Of a DNA stretch of 64,000 bases, positions 63,137 through 64,000 are shown piece after piece (positions within the stretch are counted from its first letter, which is position 1; every line of letters begins with the position of its first letter). This DNA is from Mobula hypostoma (lineage: Eukaryota): the NCBI RefSeq assembly GCF_963921235.1, contig NC_086120.1, positions 19,282,001 to 19,346,000 on the forward strand, written 5' to 3'. The notes beneath the pieces are model-generated. The model was given only the letters and a program-made list of their open reading frames with translations, was not told where the DNA came from and did not search any database. A program made the translations under genes and the position numbers.

Positions 63137-64000
63137 CAGTGGCATGCAAAAGTTTGGGCACCCCTAGTCAAACTTTCTGTTACTGTGAATAGCTAAGCGA
63201 GTAAAAGATGACCTGATTTCCAAAGGCATAAAGTTAAAGATGACACATTTCTTTAATATTTTAAGCAAGATTACTTTTTTATTTCCATCTTTTACAGTTT
63301 CAAAATAACAAAAAAAGAAAACGGCACAAAGCAAAAGTTTGGGCACCCTGCATGGGTCAGCACTTAGTTACACCCCCTTTGGCAAGTATCACAGCTTGTA
63401 AACGCTTTCTGTAGCCAGCTAAGAGTCTTTCAATTCTTGTTTGGGGAATTTTCGCCCATTCTTCCTTGCAAAAGGCTTCTAGTTCTGTGAGATTCTTGGG
63501 CTGTCTTGCATGCACCGCTCTTTTGAGGTCTATCCACAAATTTTCAATGATGTTTAGGTCAGGGGACTTTGAGGGCCATGGCAAAACGTTCAGCTTGTGC
63601 CTCTTGAGGTAGTCCATTGTGGATTCTGAGGTGTGGGTTAGGATCATTACCCTGTTGTAGAAGCCATCCTCTTTTCATCTTCAGCTTTCTTACAGACAGT
63701 GTGATGTTTGCTTCCAGAATTTGCTGGTATTTAATTGAATTCATTCTTCCCTCTGCCAGTGAAATGTTCCCCGTGCCACTGGCTGCAACACAAGCCCAAA
63801 GCATGATCGATCCACTCCCGTGTTTAACAGTTGGAGAGGCGTTCTTTTCATGACATTCTGCACCCTTTTTGCTCCAAACATACCTTTGCTCATTGCGGCC
63901 AAATAGTTCTATTTTAACTTCATCAGTCCACAGGACTTATTTCCAAAATGCATCAGGCTTGTTTAGATGTTCCTTTGCAAACTTCTGATGCTGAATTTTG
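63137..64000 (-). mobile_element. Tc1/mariner DNA transposon, 3' end with disrupted transposase
   Basis: ta|cagtggcatgcaaaagtttgggcacccc TIR; 18-bp internal direct repeat gcaaaagtttgggcaccc at 63146 and 63331. Minus ORFs LWACVAASGTG, WLLQQGNDP, WPSKSPDLNIIENLW; frameshifted. Confidence 0.93.

Noticed and set aside
20481-64000. Intronic C/D-box snoRNAs in WDR18
   Set aside because: Minus-strand ATGATGA motifs (near 53155 and 62250) have no suitably spaced CTGA or terminal stem; H/ACA RNAs cannot be assessed by eye.

Overview
Vertebrate genomic DNA, very repeat-rich. It is almost certainly from a cartilaginous fish and probably a ray; this is inferred from HE1/V-type SINEs, the Rex1/CR1/L2/RTE/Penelope mix and an IgW/IgNAR-type exon remnant. 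The only host gene I can support is the 3' part of WDR18 on the minus strand. Its last three coding exons (167, 69 and 129 nt, phases 1-0-0) lie at 35673-35839, 22748-22816 and 20352-20480. I found no upstream exon in the remaining 28 kb. Just downstream of WDR18, on the same strand, is an orphan immunoglobulin heavy-chain constant exon fragment. It appears to fuse the starts of two different C domains, carries a stop at the junction and abuts a CR1 3' end. The clearest mobile-element structures are: a very young 2.57 kb fold-back Penelope insertion (GIY-YIG ORF, TSD, 36-nt tail, intact minimal hammerhead motif); a ~100 bp miniature of the same architecture; a 5'-inverted RTE nested in another RTE; two opposed solo LTRs; and a Tc1 end. 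Repeat family names and protein homologies come from motif recognition by eye, not from database searches. Boundaries of degenerate repeats are approximate.
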